Shown here: one piece after another, positions 63,620 through 64,000 of the stretch
How the letters are laid out: the number at the start of each line of letters is the position of its first letter
Numbering within the stretch: the first letter of the stretch is position 1
Source: Trichodelitschia bisporula
Taxonomy: Eukaryota
Length of the DNA: 64,000 bases
Assembly (NCBI GenBank): GCA_010356995.1
Contig: ML996694.1
Span: 309,224 to 373,223 of the forward strand
Reading direction: 5' to 3'
The notes under the pieces: model-generated
The model's database searches: none
Told to the model about the DNA's origin: nothing
The model's input: the letters and a program-made list of their open reading frames with translations, nothing else
Made by a program: the position numbers and the translations under genes

Positions 63620-64000
63620 TCAACGCCGTCCCGGCCTCTTCGGCTTCGAAAACCCCGTCTTCGTCTCCTCCTTAACCGCAAACTCCTCCTCAATAGCGCC
63701 AGCAGTAATCTCGCTCGGATCCGACGCCTCGATCTAGTCCGGTTAGCCATCGGCCCGTCCTTACATGCCGAACTTACCTTCTTCGCCAGGTCCCCTCCCG
63801 CACTCTTAGCCAGCGCCTCCGCGCTCCTCCTCGAGCTGGCATACAGCATCTTGTCCTTAATCCGTGCCTGAGTAGGGCACGTATAAATGAACACAGGCTT
63901 CAGCTCCCCAGCCCCACCGTACCCATACACTGCGTACCGCGGCTCATCGGCAGATAAATACCGCGCCACATCCCCGGGCTGCACGCCCTCGCGCACCGGC
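63620..64000 (-). CDS. TWF1: Twinfilin (ADF-H actin-binding protein), 3' portion; intron 63734-63777
   Basis: EPRYAVY..VFIYTCP..IKDKMLYASSR, then spliced IEASDPSEI..GFSKPKRPGRR* (twinfilin tail). Confidence 0.88.

Overview
This is gene-dense, GC-rich eukaryotic DNA from a filamentous ascomycete. The assignment to Pezizomycotina, possibly Dothideomycetes, is an inference from gene content and the short GT..CTAAC/CTGAC..AG introns. There are two assembly gaps (11814-11898, 28127-28141). Recognisable genes in order: a truncated secreted WLHH-motif protein, an orphan ORF, a Usp-domain protein, a signal-less GH81 beta-1,3-glucanase, UTP14, MRPL27, MLP1/TPR, a Zn2Cys6 factor, a GT-A-like membrane protein, MCU, a frameshifted HET-domain gene, an atypical cutinase, a small zinc-ribbon protein, MER3/HFM1, a nucleotide-sugar transporter, a classical cutinase, a PL3 pectate lyase, KGD1 and the 3' end of twinfilin. 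I recognised no tRNA, rRNA, CRISPR array or intact transposon. The most notable hidden signals are four. (1) Two cryptic exons downstream of the MLP1 stop would splice out the stop and add a 97-aa tail that repeats the NLS module; the MLP1 tail also carries FG repeats and a PAM2-like motif. (2) The HET gene has a 2-nt frameshift exactly in the SHTW motif and TTG in place of the usual start ATG. (3) One cutinase has an ~60-aa insertion between its catalytic Asp and His. (4) The edge gene may be a secreted copper-enzyme-like protein. All gene models were read by eye and no searches were run.
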